This document shows positions 19,325 through 27,395 of a stretch of 64,000 bases of DNA, one piece after another (within the stretch, counting starts at the first letter, position 1; each line of letters starts with the position of its first letter). Both the position numbers and the translations under genes were made by a program. The notes below the pieces were generated by a model. It searched no databases, had not been told where the DNA came from, and saw nothing but the letters and a program-made list of their open reading frames with translations. This DNA comes from Patescibacteria group bacterium (lineage in GTDB: Bacteria > Patescibacteriota > Minisyncoccia > Phycocordibacterales > Phycocordibacteraceae). The stretch covers positions 1,915-65,914 of the forward strand of contig JBBTSV010000001.1 in assembly GCA_038064595.1 (NCBI GenBank), given 5' to 3'.

Positions 19325-19926
19325 TCTGGGATCTGGTGCGCAGTAGCGAGACGACGCGCGCGGCGCTCTCTACCGCCGGACATCAGGCAGCCACGCGCGC
19401 GGCACAGCGCGCCCTGCAGATCAGCGACCCGCGTGGAGAGCACCACACCATTGCTATCGAGAAAGATGTACTTGGGAAGCCGGAGGCGCGTGTGCTGGGG
19501 AGTGCCCAGTCAGTCGCGGTGTCCATATCACACGCAGCTCCGTTTGTCTGTGCGGTCGCGGATACGGCGCCGGTACTGCTCGGTACCGACATCGAGCGTA
19601 TCCGCCCGTGCACCACTGCCGTTTGGGAGGCCTGTCTCACCCCCGCGGAAAAAGCGTTCATCGCGGCCGCGCCGCGCCGCGAGCGCGAGATGCTCCAGAT
19701 TCGCGCGTGGTCGCTCAAGGAGGCGGTACTGAAGGCATTTGGGGTGGGGTTGCGCGTGCATCCGCGCAATGTTGATGTGACCAATGCGCTTGGGGCGACC
19801 ACCTCGACCGTGCGTATTGGATGGCGGGGGGTGTGGCATACTGCAACGGTAGAGTGGATGCACCTTAACCCCACCTATGTCGCGGTGGCGGTTGCATTTC
19901 CTTTTTCAGCTCGTACACTAGAGTGA
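19321..19926 (+). CDS. 4'-phosphopantetheinyl transferase (Sfp/EntD type)
   Basis: GTDIE and WSLKEAVLKA motifs. Confidence 0.75.
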   Translation: MIWDLVRSSETTRAALSTAGHQAATRAAQRALQISDPRGEHHTIAIEKDVLGKPEARVLGSAQSVAVSISHAAPFVCAVADTAPVLLGTDIERIRPCTTAVWEACLTPAEKAFIAAAPRREREMLQIRAWSLKEAVLKAFGVGLRVHPRNVDVTNALGATTSTVRIGWRGVWHTATVEWMHLNPTYVAVAVAFPFSARTLE

Positions 19927-20198
19927 TGGATGTTCGCGATTTTGTGCTCACGGCTATTGCAGAAACGCTTGACCTTCCGCTGGCCGTGGTGCGTGACGAC
20001 AGTAAGCTCGTCGACTTGGCCGAAGACTCGATTAAGCTCTTTGAGCTCCTAATCCGGCTCGAGAACCTTTTTTCATATCGCGTAAGTTATGAGGCGATTG
20101 TGCATATTGAGACAGTGGGCGATGTCATCGCCTACATAGAGACGCTCCCGATCGACCGCGGCGTGCTCCAGGCTACTACCCAGAAGAAAGCCGCATGA
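19923..20198 (+). CDS. acyl carrier protein (second copy, DSI serine)
   Basis: 91 aa, LAEDSIKLFELL. Confidence 0.6.
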   Translation: MMDVRDFVLTAIAETLDLPLAVVRDDSKLVDLAEDSIKLFELLIRLENLFSYRVSYEAIVHIETVGDVIAYIETLPIDRGVLQATTQKKAA

Positions 20199-20809
20199 GC
20201 GGGAACCCGCGTTGTGTGGTGCTCACCCTTCCCGCAGAAAAGCAGGCGGCCCAAGATATCGTCCGGCGTGTCTACGCGGCCCAAGGTTATGACTTGAGCG
20301 AGGGGGTGTTTGTCCGCTTCCTGCGCACCCCGAATGCTGTGGTGTGGGGGCTCTTCGAAGAGGATGTCCTCTTTGGCACCATCTCCATTATCCCTGACAG
20401 TGAGGCAGGACTCCCGATGGACTCGCTCTATGCTGAAGAGCTCGCCCCCTTTCGAGCCGAGGGGAAGAAAATAGCAGAAGTCGTCCAGTTTGCGATCGAT
20501 CATACGCTCAAAAAACCATCACCCTTTGAAGCGGTCCCGCTTCTTATCACCGTCCTCTCCTATGCACGCACCCAAAAAATTGACACCATCTGCATCTCAA
20601 TCCACCCAAAGCACAGCCAGTTCTACCACATGCTCGGTTTTGAAAAAATAGGTGACCTCAAGCAGTATCAGGCAGTCGCGGCACCAGCCGTTGCGTATGC
20701 GCTGCCGCTTGTCGCGTGGGAAACTAATCCCTTTTTTGGTAACTTTCTGCGCAACGCGATTCGCCCTGATGGTGGGGTCTCTAGTGGAGAAGAGCGAGCT
20801 GCAATATAA
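20195..20809 (+). CDS. N-acyl amino acid synthase (FeeM/OlsB-like GNAT-fold N-acyltransferase)
   Basis: About 200-aa protein with the layout of FeeM-family N-acyl amino acid synthases; terminal gene of the ACP/ligase/PPTase operon. Confidence 0.55.
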   Translation: MSGNPRCVVLTLPAEKQAAQDIVRRVYAAQGYDLSEGVFVRFLRTPNAVVWGLFEEDVLFGTISIIPDSEAGLPMDSLYAEELAPFRAEGKKIAEVVQFAIDHTLKKPSPFEAVPLLITVLSYARTQKIDTICISIHPKHSQFYHMLGFEKIGDLKQYQAVAAPAVAYALPLVAWETNPFFGNFLRNAIRPDGGVSSGEERAAI

Positions 20810-21104
20810 GCGCGAGAGCGATCATACCCCCAGGGATTATATAATCGAGCACAAAGGAGAGTCTTTTTTTATCCGGACTGAAGCCAGCCCTACGTAAGTA
20901 GTAATAGTAGAAGCCTTCATTCTCCTTGCCAAATTGCCCCTGGGTGATGAGGCAGCCCTTGGCGTAGTAGAGCTGGAGGTGGTAGAGCACGACGGTGAGG
21001 ATAACGATACGCCAGTCGAGGTAGAAGGGGGAGGTGTACCACAGAGCGAGGAGGACGATGTGGAGCACGAGAAAGAAGGAGTAGCGGAAGCGCGACAGGG
21101 ACAT
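20781..21104 (-). CDS. small membrane protein, hypothetical
   Basis: Two or three TM helices; starts 5 nt after the prmC stop. Confidence 0.4.
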   Translation of the reverse strand: MSLSRFRYSFFLVLHIVLLALWYTSPFYLDWRIVILTVVLYHLQLYYAKGCLITQGQFGKENEGFYYYYLRRAGFSPDKKRLSFVLDYIIPGGMIALALILQLALLH

Positions 21105-21109
21105 GCGGA

Positions 21110-22027
21110 TTAGTGTAAAACCATCACTCCCTCGTGACCATAGGGATCATCCCAGAAGGTAGACTGCCAGTCGGTGGTCGCGAGGATCTTCTTCAGCTCC
21201 TCAACCTGCGTCATGTCGCATTCGACATAGAGCGTGCCGCGCTTGGTGAGATATTGTTTGCCCTTTTCGATCAGCTCTCGGTGGTGGCCAAAGCCGTCCG
21301 TGGAGCCGAAGAAGGCGATACGTGGCTCGTAGTGCATCTCGGGATCCATGTCAGCTTCACCTTTTGGGTCAACGTAGGGTGGGTTCGCGCAGAGCACGTC
21401 AAAGGTGCCGGTAATTTTCTCAAGGCTATTACCGGCGAGGAGCGTCGTCCGCGACGGATCGATTGAGTTTATCTCAAGAGATTTCTTAATCTGCGGGAGC
21501 AGTGCCGCGTCGATCTCATTAAAGGTGCAGGTCGCCTCGGGCAGGTGTTTCAAAAGCGCGATGCCGATATTGCCGGCGCCAGCGTAGAGATCGGCCGTTG
21601 TGACTGGCCCCGCATCCTTCCACTCATCAATGACCCGCTTCACCCACTGTGCTGTCTCGTCACGAGGAACCATCGGGCGATAGGAGAGGTCAATCGTTGC
21701 GCCTAAGAAATCGGTATGACCGAGCACATACTCCCACGGCTCGTGTGCTTCAAGGCGCGCACAGTCTGCGCGATAGGCGTTACCCTCGACACCCGCATAT
21801 TTCTCGGTAAGTATTTTCTGCTTCGCTTGGGCGAGAGAGAGGTACACAGTGACGTCAGTATAACGCGGATGAAACCATCGGCAGAGTACGGACGTTTTAG
21901 TGGGTATGTTCGAGAAAGTCACACTCCGCATATTCGCCCTCTGTCTCGTGAGTTGCGCGAGCTTGGTCCTTTTCTCGATGTGGGTATATAAACCAGATTC
22001 AGAGGCATACTTTAAGCTCGCGGCCAC
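21110..22027 (-). CDS. prmC: release-factor glutamine N5-methyltransferase (HemK/PrmC)
   Basis: NPPY motif (CANPPYVDP), SAM-binding GxGxG region. Confidence 0.8.
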   Translation of the reverse strand: MAASLKYASESGLYTHIEKRTKLAQLTRQRANMRSVTFSNIPTKTSVLCRWFHPRYTDVTVYLSLAQAKQKILTEKYAGVEGNAYRADCARLEAHEPWEYVLGHTDFLGATIDLSYRPMVPRDETAQWVKRVIDEWKDAGPVTTADLYAGAGNIGIALLKHLPEATCTFNEIDAALLPQIKKSLEINSIDPSRTTLLAGNSLEKITGTFDVLCANPPYVDPKGEADMDPEMHYEPRIAFFGSTDGFGHHRELIEKGKQYLTKRGTLYVECDMTQVEELKKILATTDWQSTFWDDPYGHEGVMVLH

Positions 22028-22108
22028 CTTCTTTATCGTTGGTCTCGCCTCCTTCCTTGGTTGGCTGGTCTCACTGTTCTATAGCATTCGCGCTATCCTG
22101 CGCGCCTC

Positions 22109-22609
22109 TTAGAAACCAAGATAGTCATCTTTTTTGAGGGGGATCCCTTTAGAGCGCAGGATGTCGTAGGCGGTCGTGACGTGAAAGAAGAAGTTGGGGA
22201 GCGCGAGCTGCGTCGCATAAAAGTCCTTCTTGAACTTTTTTGTGGGGTGAAGGAATGTTTTTACCGTCCCTGTTGTTGAGGCACATGAACGGGGGGTGAT
22301 AGTTTTGAGAAAAGCGATCGCTTTTTTTAGACTATGATCGAGCTCAGTCAACGTTTTCTCGTCATATTTGAAATCCTGCGGCATTGGTCGCCCCGAGAGA
22401 TTCACCGCCGTCTCGAGCGCCATGAAGTAGGCATACTGCACCTGCTGGGTGAGCGTATACATATCGGGCGCGAGTCGCGCAGTGAGGAGTGTGCTCATTT
22501 TTATCTTCTTTCGCGGCGCATACCGCGCCGCCTTCCGCACTATCTTGCGCAGACTCTCAAGTGAGCGAATAAAGACCGGTATCGATACTTCGTAGAGGGG
22601 GTATTTCAT
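22109..22609 (-). CDS. DUF1993-like hypothetical protein
   Basis: 166-aa ORF, helical, no catalytic motif recognised. Confidence 0.5.
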   Translation of the reverse strand: MKYPLYEVSIPVFIRSLESLRKIVRKAARYAPRKKIKMSTLLTARLAPDMYTLTQQVQYAYFMALETAVNLSGRPMPQDFKYDEKTLTELDHSLKKAIAFLKTITPRSCASTTGTVKTFLHPTKKFKKDFYATQLALPNFFFHVTTAYDILRSKGIPLKKDDYLGF

Positions 22610-22684
22610 ACCCTAAGCCTATCACAGAGCTGCGGTTGTGGTACACTTTTTGGGACTCCTTTATTCACTTCCATAAACCCCAGT

Positions 22685-22972
22685 ATGAATGAATTTCATC
22701 CGTCAGATCTGGCCAGAGGTGAGCCGTTTCGCGAGTCAATCCGCTATAAAGAACCGTTTGACGTCGAAAGACTCGACAAAGCACACGCAATCCTTAGCGA
22801 GGTACTAGAAACACATGGGCACGAAAGTGTAACCCCCGAAAACTTCCACGAAGTGGTAGAACACATGCGTAAAGACTCTCGTTGGCATGGACTCCACTCG
22901 GCGGGACCGGCCTTCGAGAACGCGCTCCGCACACACCTCAAGATCGAAGATCCAGGCGAGACTAAGCATTAA
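22685..22972 (+). CDS. small hypothetical protein
   Basis: 95-aa ORF, no Shine-Dalgarno sequence. Confidence 0.35.
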   Translation: MNEFHPSDLARGEPFRESIRYKEPFDVERLDKAHAILSEVLETHGHESVTPENFHEVVEHMRKDSRWHGLHSAGPAFENALRTHLKIEDPGETKH

Positions 22973-23064
22973 GAACCTCTTTTTACGACCGTCACAACGG
23001 TAACCAGTGGAGGTGCAAAAATTGAAAGATTTGATACAGTCTAAAGGCTACACACCGTAGATAG

Positions 23065-23135
23065 TGCGGGTTCGTCTAATGGTAGGACACATCCCTCTGG
23101 AGGATGGTATTGGGGTTCGAGTCCCTGACCCGCAG
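23065..23135 (+). tRNA. tRNA-Gln (anticodon CUG)
   Basis: Acceptor TGCGGGT/ACCCGCA (U1-A72), D-arm GTCT..GGAC, anticodon stem CATCC/GGATG with loop CTCTGGA, T-arm TGGGG-TTCGAGT-CCCTG. Confidence 0.8.
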
Positions 23136-23187
23136 CAAAAGTGCGAAGCAGCTTTTGCTGCGGGGAGCGAGGTCTGGGAAACCTCGC

Positions 23188-23245
23188 GTCAGGGACTCGA
23201 AAGCCGGAGCGCGACGGCGCGAGGCGGGGTCGCGCAAATTTCTAG
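23188..23245 (+). repeat. tRNA-linked repeat R1 (58 nt): inverted copy of the tRNA-Gln T-arm, then a conserved core with a GCGC-GACG-GCGC hairpin
   Basis: About 90% identical to 51113-51170; the 5' 14 nt are the exact reverse complement of the tRNA-Gln T-arm. Confidence 0.7.
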
Positions 23246-23257
23246 AGGGGAAATCGG

Positions 23258-23282
23258 GGAAATCGTGACAGTCACGATTTCC
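23258..23282. promoter_or_regulatory. 25-bp perfect palindrome GGAAATCGTGACAGTCACGATTTCC (candidate operator or recombination site)
   Basis: Perfect dyad symmetry, preceded by a GGAAATCG direct half-repeat. Confidence 0.5.
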
Positions 23283-23321
23283 ACTCCGTTGTTGAATAAA
23301 TAGTTCGCGGACACGGACACT

Positions 23322-23349
23322 TTGCTTTCTGCAGGTTTTTCAGTATAGT
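23322..23349 (+). promoter_or_regulatory. promoter TTGCTT-16-TATAGT for the small-gene cassette
   Basis: Hexamers with 16-nt spacing upstream of an AGGAG ribosome-binding site and the ATG at 23397. Confidence 0.4.
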
Positions 23350-23396
23350 GTCGCGATGGACTGCAATGTCTGCGGTCCAATAACAGGAGCGAGAAA

Positions 23397-23678
23397 ATGA
23401 TCGAGATGACCAGGGCTGGGGGCGGGGGTCGAGGGCGCGTGCGGTGGCAGTTGACCGCCATCGCTGAAGACAGCACCGCCGCCATCGAGTTCCCGGGCCC
23501 CGAAGAGATTCGGGAACTCTTCCACAAGCATGCGGACGCCCGTCACCGGGAAGGTCCGTTCAGCGTGGTGAGTCGCTCACCGTGCGTTGTGGAACTCCCC
23601 GCTGGGGTGTGCCACCGTTGCCGCCAGAACTTCTTGGCGGCTGTCGCGGTGGTAATGGGTGTTCCCACCGCCCTCTAG
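23397..23678 (+). CDS. small Cys-containing hypothetical protein (paralog A)
   Basis: AGGAG 8 nt before the ATG; paralogous to 23806-24096 (RVRWQL/RLSRWWL; FSVVSRSPCVVELP/FMVVDRQINHVAFLMP; FLAAVAVVMGVP/FVAAIEAAIGLS). Confidence 0.55.
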   Translation: MIEMTRAGGGGRGRVRWQLTAIAEDSTAAIEFPGPEEIRELFHKHADARHREGPFSVVSRSPCVVELPAGVCHRCRQNFLAAVAVVMGVPTAL

Positions 23679-23686
23679 GGCGAATC

Positions 23687-23718
23687 GGGTCGAGGCATGC
23701 CTCGACCCGCGTCTTTTA
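23687..23718 (+). terminator. rho-independent terminator GGGTCGAGGC-AT-GCCTCGACCC followed by TCTTTTAT
   Basis: 10-bp GC-rich stem plus T-run. Confidence 0.7.
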
Positions 23719-23805
23719 TAGACACACCAGTTTCATTGTCTTTCATACGGAAATCAGTATGATGCGGCCATGGTCGCAATCCCTGCGACCTATGAGGAGA
23801 TGCCC

Positions 23806-24096
23806 ATGAACCCATGCCGGCTTGAGCTGGTACGGAGGGGAGCAGATGCCCCACGCCTTTCTCGGTGGTGGCTCGGGAGGAAGGATTGTCTTCCCGTCAC
23901 TCTGCCGAGCGATGGAGATCTGACGCAGATGTACGGCGCGACCATCGGCCGTGAGAGCGAGCGATTCATGGTCGTCGATCGTCAGATCAATCACGTCGCG
24001 TTCTTGATGCCGACGAGGAGCTCTGACGAAGAGCGCGCTCGCTTTGTCGCGGCCATCGAGGCAGCGATCGGGCTCTCCGTTTCTGCTCCTGTGTGA
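23806..24096 (+). CDS. small hypothetical protein (paralog B)
   Basis: GAGGAG 6 nt before the ATG at 23806; paralogous to 23397-23678. Confidence 0.5.
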   Translation: MNPCRLELVRRGADAPRLSRWWLGRKDCLPVTLPSDGDLTQMYGATIGRESERFMVVDRQINHVAFLMPTRSSDEERARFVAAIEAAIGLSVSAPV

Positions 24097-24102
24097 CCGA
24101 GC

Positions 24103-24136
24103 GGGTCGAGGCTTGCCTCGGCCCGCGTTGTTTTTA
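24103..24136 (+). terminator. rho-independent terminator, near-duplicate of 23687-23718
   Basis: GGGTCGAGGC-TT-GCCTCGGCCC followed by GTTGTTTTTAT. Confidence 0.7.
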
Positions 24137-24221
24137 TACGAATTCTTGCTTTTTTGATAAAAAAAGTGATGATGTACTGGGCCGTACACCGTACGCTCAT
24201 AACTCAACCCCTGGAGAAGAC

Positions 24222-24968
24222 ATGCACAACCCACCGAACATGGGCGACGTCTACGACGTGTTCGCCAAAGCGTTCCGCGAGGCCGATCAGTTGCCGACGT
24301 GGCAGTTTGTCGGCAAGCCGGCCATGGAGGCGCTCCTGCGCGACTCGGCGCCTGATATGCAATTTCTCGATCTTGGCTCCGCGAGCGCGCGGGTCGAGGT
24401 CGGGGTCCTCATCCCGCACGACGTTGCCCCAGGCAATATCACCGGCGTCGAGATCAGCCCCGAGCAGGTCGAGATGGCACGCATGCGGGTGCCGGGCGCG
24501 CGCTTTGAGGTCGGCGACATCGCCGATCCCAATCTCCTTGCAGGTGAAGAAGAGCAGTACGACGTGGTGCTTTCGCACATGGTGTTCGAGCACCTCGACG
24601 ACGCACAGCTTGCGTGGGCGTGCGCGAATGCATACCGCCTGCTGAAAGCGGGCGGGACTTTCGCCTTCGTCGTCACCCACCCTGACAAGATGACCGATCT
24701 TGAGGGAAATCTTGTCACCACCTATGGATCGTTCATCACGACAGCTCCATGGGGTGGCGAGCTCCACAACTGGCGTCGCAGTATTGCGACGACAAGGGAG
24801 ATCGTGGAGGACGTCGGGTTTGCGGTAAGCGGCGTGAGCGAAATTGCGTTCCCGACCGAGCCTCCCGCAGGGCTCGACCCTGAGCAAGAGGCCACGTTTC
24901 GCGCGGCTGCAGAGAAGTATCGCCGGTATCCGGCGATCCGGCTCGCGCTCCACGCGACCAAGGCCTAG
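24222..24968 (+). CDS. class I SAM-dependent methyltransferase
   Basis: LDLGSASARV (motif I), DVVLSHMVFEHL, LKAGG; GGAGA Shine-Dalgarno 4 nt before the ATG; the longer ORF start would overlap the terminator. Confidence 0.7.
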   Translation: MHNPPNMGDVYDVFAKAFREADQLPTWQFVGKPAMEALLRDSAPDMQFLDLGSASARVEVGVLIPHDVAPGNITGVEISPEQVEMARMRVPGARFEVGDIADPNLLAGEEEQYDVVLSHMVFEHLDDAQLAWACANAYRLLKAGGTFAFVVTHPDKMTDLEGNLVTTYGSFITTAPWGGELHNWRRSIATTREIVEDVGFAVSGVSEIAFPTEPPAGLDPEQEATFRAAAEKYRRYPAIRLALHATKA

Positions 24969-25034
24969 TGCGCGTGCGCACATGGTCGACCGACAGCGCC
25001 CCCGCGGCGCTGTTGTTTTTGGTACACTACGGGT

Positions 25035-25787
25035 ATGAAATCTCCATGGATCGGTACGGTGGTGGTGTGTGCCGGCATTCTCCTCGCCGCGGGTATCTTT
25101 TTCTATCCTGAAGGCACTCAAGCGCCGTCACATGACGCCGGCCGTGTCGAGGTCGGTCTTGGTGAGAGCGCGACGGCGCTTGGGGTGACGCTTACCCCAC
25201 GTGAGGTGCGTGAAGACAGTCGTTGTCCGAGCGATGTACAGTGTATCCAAGCAGGTCGCGTGCTCCTGCGTGTGTCGCTCATGCAGGGGAACGAGACATC
25301 GGACCATGATTTTCTTGTCGGAGAACCATTTCACCTAGGGACAGAGTTAATAACTCTTCTTGAGGTCCAGCCGGCGAAGGTCGCGGCGGTGACCATACCG
25401 AACGAGGACTACCGTTTTATATTCAAGGTAGAGAAGCTCGATATCGTTTATACCAACGCATCTGCTGACAACATTCGTGTTGCGCTCCCTTCTCCCGGCG
25501 CGGTAACCGGCAGGACATTTGTGGTGGTGGGGGAGGCGCGGGGGACCTGGTATTTCGAGGCATCATTCCCGATAAAGGTGATCGGTGCAAACGGAGAGAC
25601 GCTTACGACTGCTATCGCCCAAGCAGGGAGCGAGTGGATGACGAGAGACTTTGTCCCTTTTACTGCTCCAGTTACGATACCGGAGAGCTACAGCGGCCCG
25701 GCGACGCTGGTACTCATGAAGGATAATCCCTCGGGCGAGCCGATACACGATGCCTCGTTCTCATTCCCCATCACGATTGAATACTAA
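25035..25787 (+). CDS. secreted/membrane-anchored Gmad2 Ig-like domain protein
   Basis: N-terminal TM/signal peptide, beta-rich C-terminal domain. Confidence 0.5.
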   Translation: MKSPWIGTVVVCAGILLAAGIFFYPEGTQAPSHDAGRVEVGLGESATALGVTLTPREVREDSRCPSDVQCIQAGRVLLRVSLMQGNETSDHDFLVGEPFHLGTELITLLEVQPAKVAAVTIPNEDYRFIFKVEKLDIVYTNASADNIRVALPSPGAVTGRTFVVVGEARGTWYFEASFPIKVIGANGETLTTAIAQAGSEWMTRDFVPFTAPVTIPESYSGPATLVLMKDNPSGEPIHDASFSFPITIEY

Positions 25788-25838
25788 GAAGTGGATTAAT
25801 ACACGCGTACGGGGCACGGGGTGGTACGCTGCTGATAT

Positions 25839-26420
25839 ATGAACACACGCACCATTCTTCTTACTGCCGGTGGGGCAGTCGTGCTCGCCACGCTATGGTA
25901 TGTCGTAGGAGGAGCGCCAAGTATCGAGCCGGCTCCCGTACCGTCAGACGAAGTACGTCTCCCCGTCACACCGACCACTCCCGCCCCTGCGCCATCTGCG
26001 CCAGCACCAGCGCCGGCGAAAAAACCGACCCAAGCCCCGTCTCCCATAAAGGTCGCGGGCTACAACACGCTCACGTATCTTATCGGTCTGAAGGAGTCGC
26101 TGACCTGTACGGTGAAGGAGTCGAATAGTCGCACCGGTACCGTGTACGTTTCTGGCGGACAGCTGCGTGGCAACTTTGTGAACGTCTACTCCGGCATCAA
26201 GTCGTCGATGATTAATGACGGGACCAACCTCTACGCTTGGATCCAAGGCGCCTCAACTGGCCTGGTCGTTCCCGCAGCGCTCAGCGTCTCGGGGAGTGCG
26301 GTCGCGACTCATGGCGGCATTGACCTTGCCGTTTCAATTTCTTTCTCCTGCACCAGCGGTGTCCAGGGTGCCGGAGTCTTTGCCCCACCCACCTCGGTTA
26401 CCTTCTCCAAGAATCCTTAA
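25839..26420 (+). CDS. secreted hypothetical protein with a Pro/Ala-rich linker
   Basis: Signal-anchor followed by a PAPAPSAPAPAPA linker. Confidence 0.45.
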   Translation: MNTRTILLTAGGAVVLATLWYVVGGAPSIEPAPVPSDEVRLPVTPTTPAPAPSAPAPAPAKKPTQAPSPIKVAGYNTLTYLIGLKESLTCTVKESNSRTGTVYVSGGQLRGNFVNVYSGIKSSMINDGTNLYAWIQGASTGLVVPAALSVSGSAVATHGGIDLAVSISFSCTSGVQGAGVFAPPTSVTFSKNP

Positions 26421-26501
26421 TGCACGCTCGACACCTTTGTTCAAGATAGAGTAGGCATGGTGCAAGAGCCGCCCGACTGTTTTAATGGTATGGTATGGGA
26501 T

Positions 26502-27395
26502 ATGAAAAGAGGAATACTTGTGGGCGCCCTCGTGCTTCTGGTGGGTGGTGGTTTTCTGTATTGGTCGCAGAAGGTACCGATTGTCGCGCAAAGCGATTTT
26601 AAAAATGCCACCTATCAGATCGAGGGGCAGCCAGTCACCTTGGTCAACGGCCGATCTCCAGCCGCTGGAGTCATACCTGCGCCCGGGAGTATGGGGACCG
26701 CCTACTTTGGCAATGAGGCAGTTGGCGATCTAAATGGCGACGGTATCGCCGATACCGCGTTTCTTCTCACTCAGAGCTCGAGTGGAACCGGCACGTTCTA
26801 TTATGTGGCGGCCGGTATTAAGACGGCCGAAGGCTACACGGGTACCGACGCGGTACTTCTTGGCGACCGAATTGCACCCCAGACTACCGAGATTAGAAAT
26901 GGAAAGCTTATCGTCAACTATGCCGACCGTAATCCGGGTGAGCCGATGACCACCGCTCCGTCGCTCGGGAAAACACTCACGCTCAAACTCGACCCGACAG
27001 CGCTCCAGTTTGGCATCGTCGCACCAGACTTTGAGGGTGAGGCTGACCCATCACGGATGACACTCACGATGCAGACCTGGAAGTGGGTCGGCACGCGCAT
27101 GAGTGATGGCACGAGCGTAACCCCTAAAAAATCAGACGCATTCACCATCACGTTTATTAAGGATGGCTCTACCTTCTCGGCCACCACCGACTGCAACAGA
27201 ATAGGAGGGAACTACCGCGTTGTAGGGAACCAGATCACGATCAGCAGCATGATGTCGACCATGATGTACTGCAACGACTCGCAGGAATCAGAGTTCGCCA
27301 CGCCGCTCGGTGAGGTGCAGAGTTATCAGTTCACCTCTAAGGGTGAGCTCGTCTTTACCCTCAAGCTCGATAGCGGGACGATGACCTTTCGGTAG
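26502..27395 (+). CDS. META/HslJ-like domain protein (membrane anchored)
   Basis: N-terminal TM; C-terminal TDCNRIGGNYRV..ISSMMSTMMYCN pattern. Confidence 0.55.
   Translation: MKRGILVGALVLLVGGGFLYWSQKVPIVAQSDFKNATYQIEGQPVTLVNGRSPAAGVIPAPGSMGTAYFGNEAVGDLNGDGIADTAFLLTQSSSGTGTFYYVAAGIKTAEGYTGTDAVLLGDRIAPQTTEIRNGKLIVNYADRNPGEPMTTAPSLGKTLTLKLDPTALQFGIVAPDFEGEADPSRMTLTMQTWKWVGTRMSDGTSVTPKKSDAFTITFIKDGSTFSATTDCNRIGGNYRVVGNQITISSMMSTMMYCNDSQESEFATPLGEVQSYQFTSKGELVFTLKLDSGTMTFR

Noticed and set aside
23064-23303. ORFs 23064-23303 and 51003-51344 sharing the peptide 'ATARGGVAQIS'
   Set aside because: The similarity comes from a 58-nt nucleotide repeat (R1/R2) downstream of tRNAs. The ORFs overlap tRNA genes and hairpins and have no ribosome-binding site, so they are treated as non-coding.
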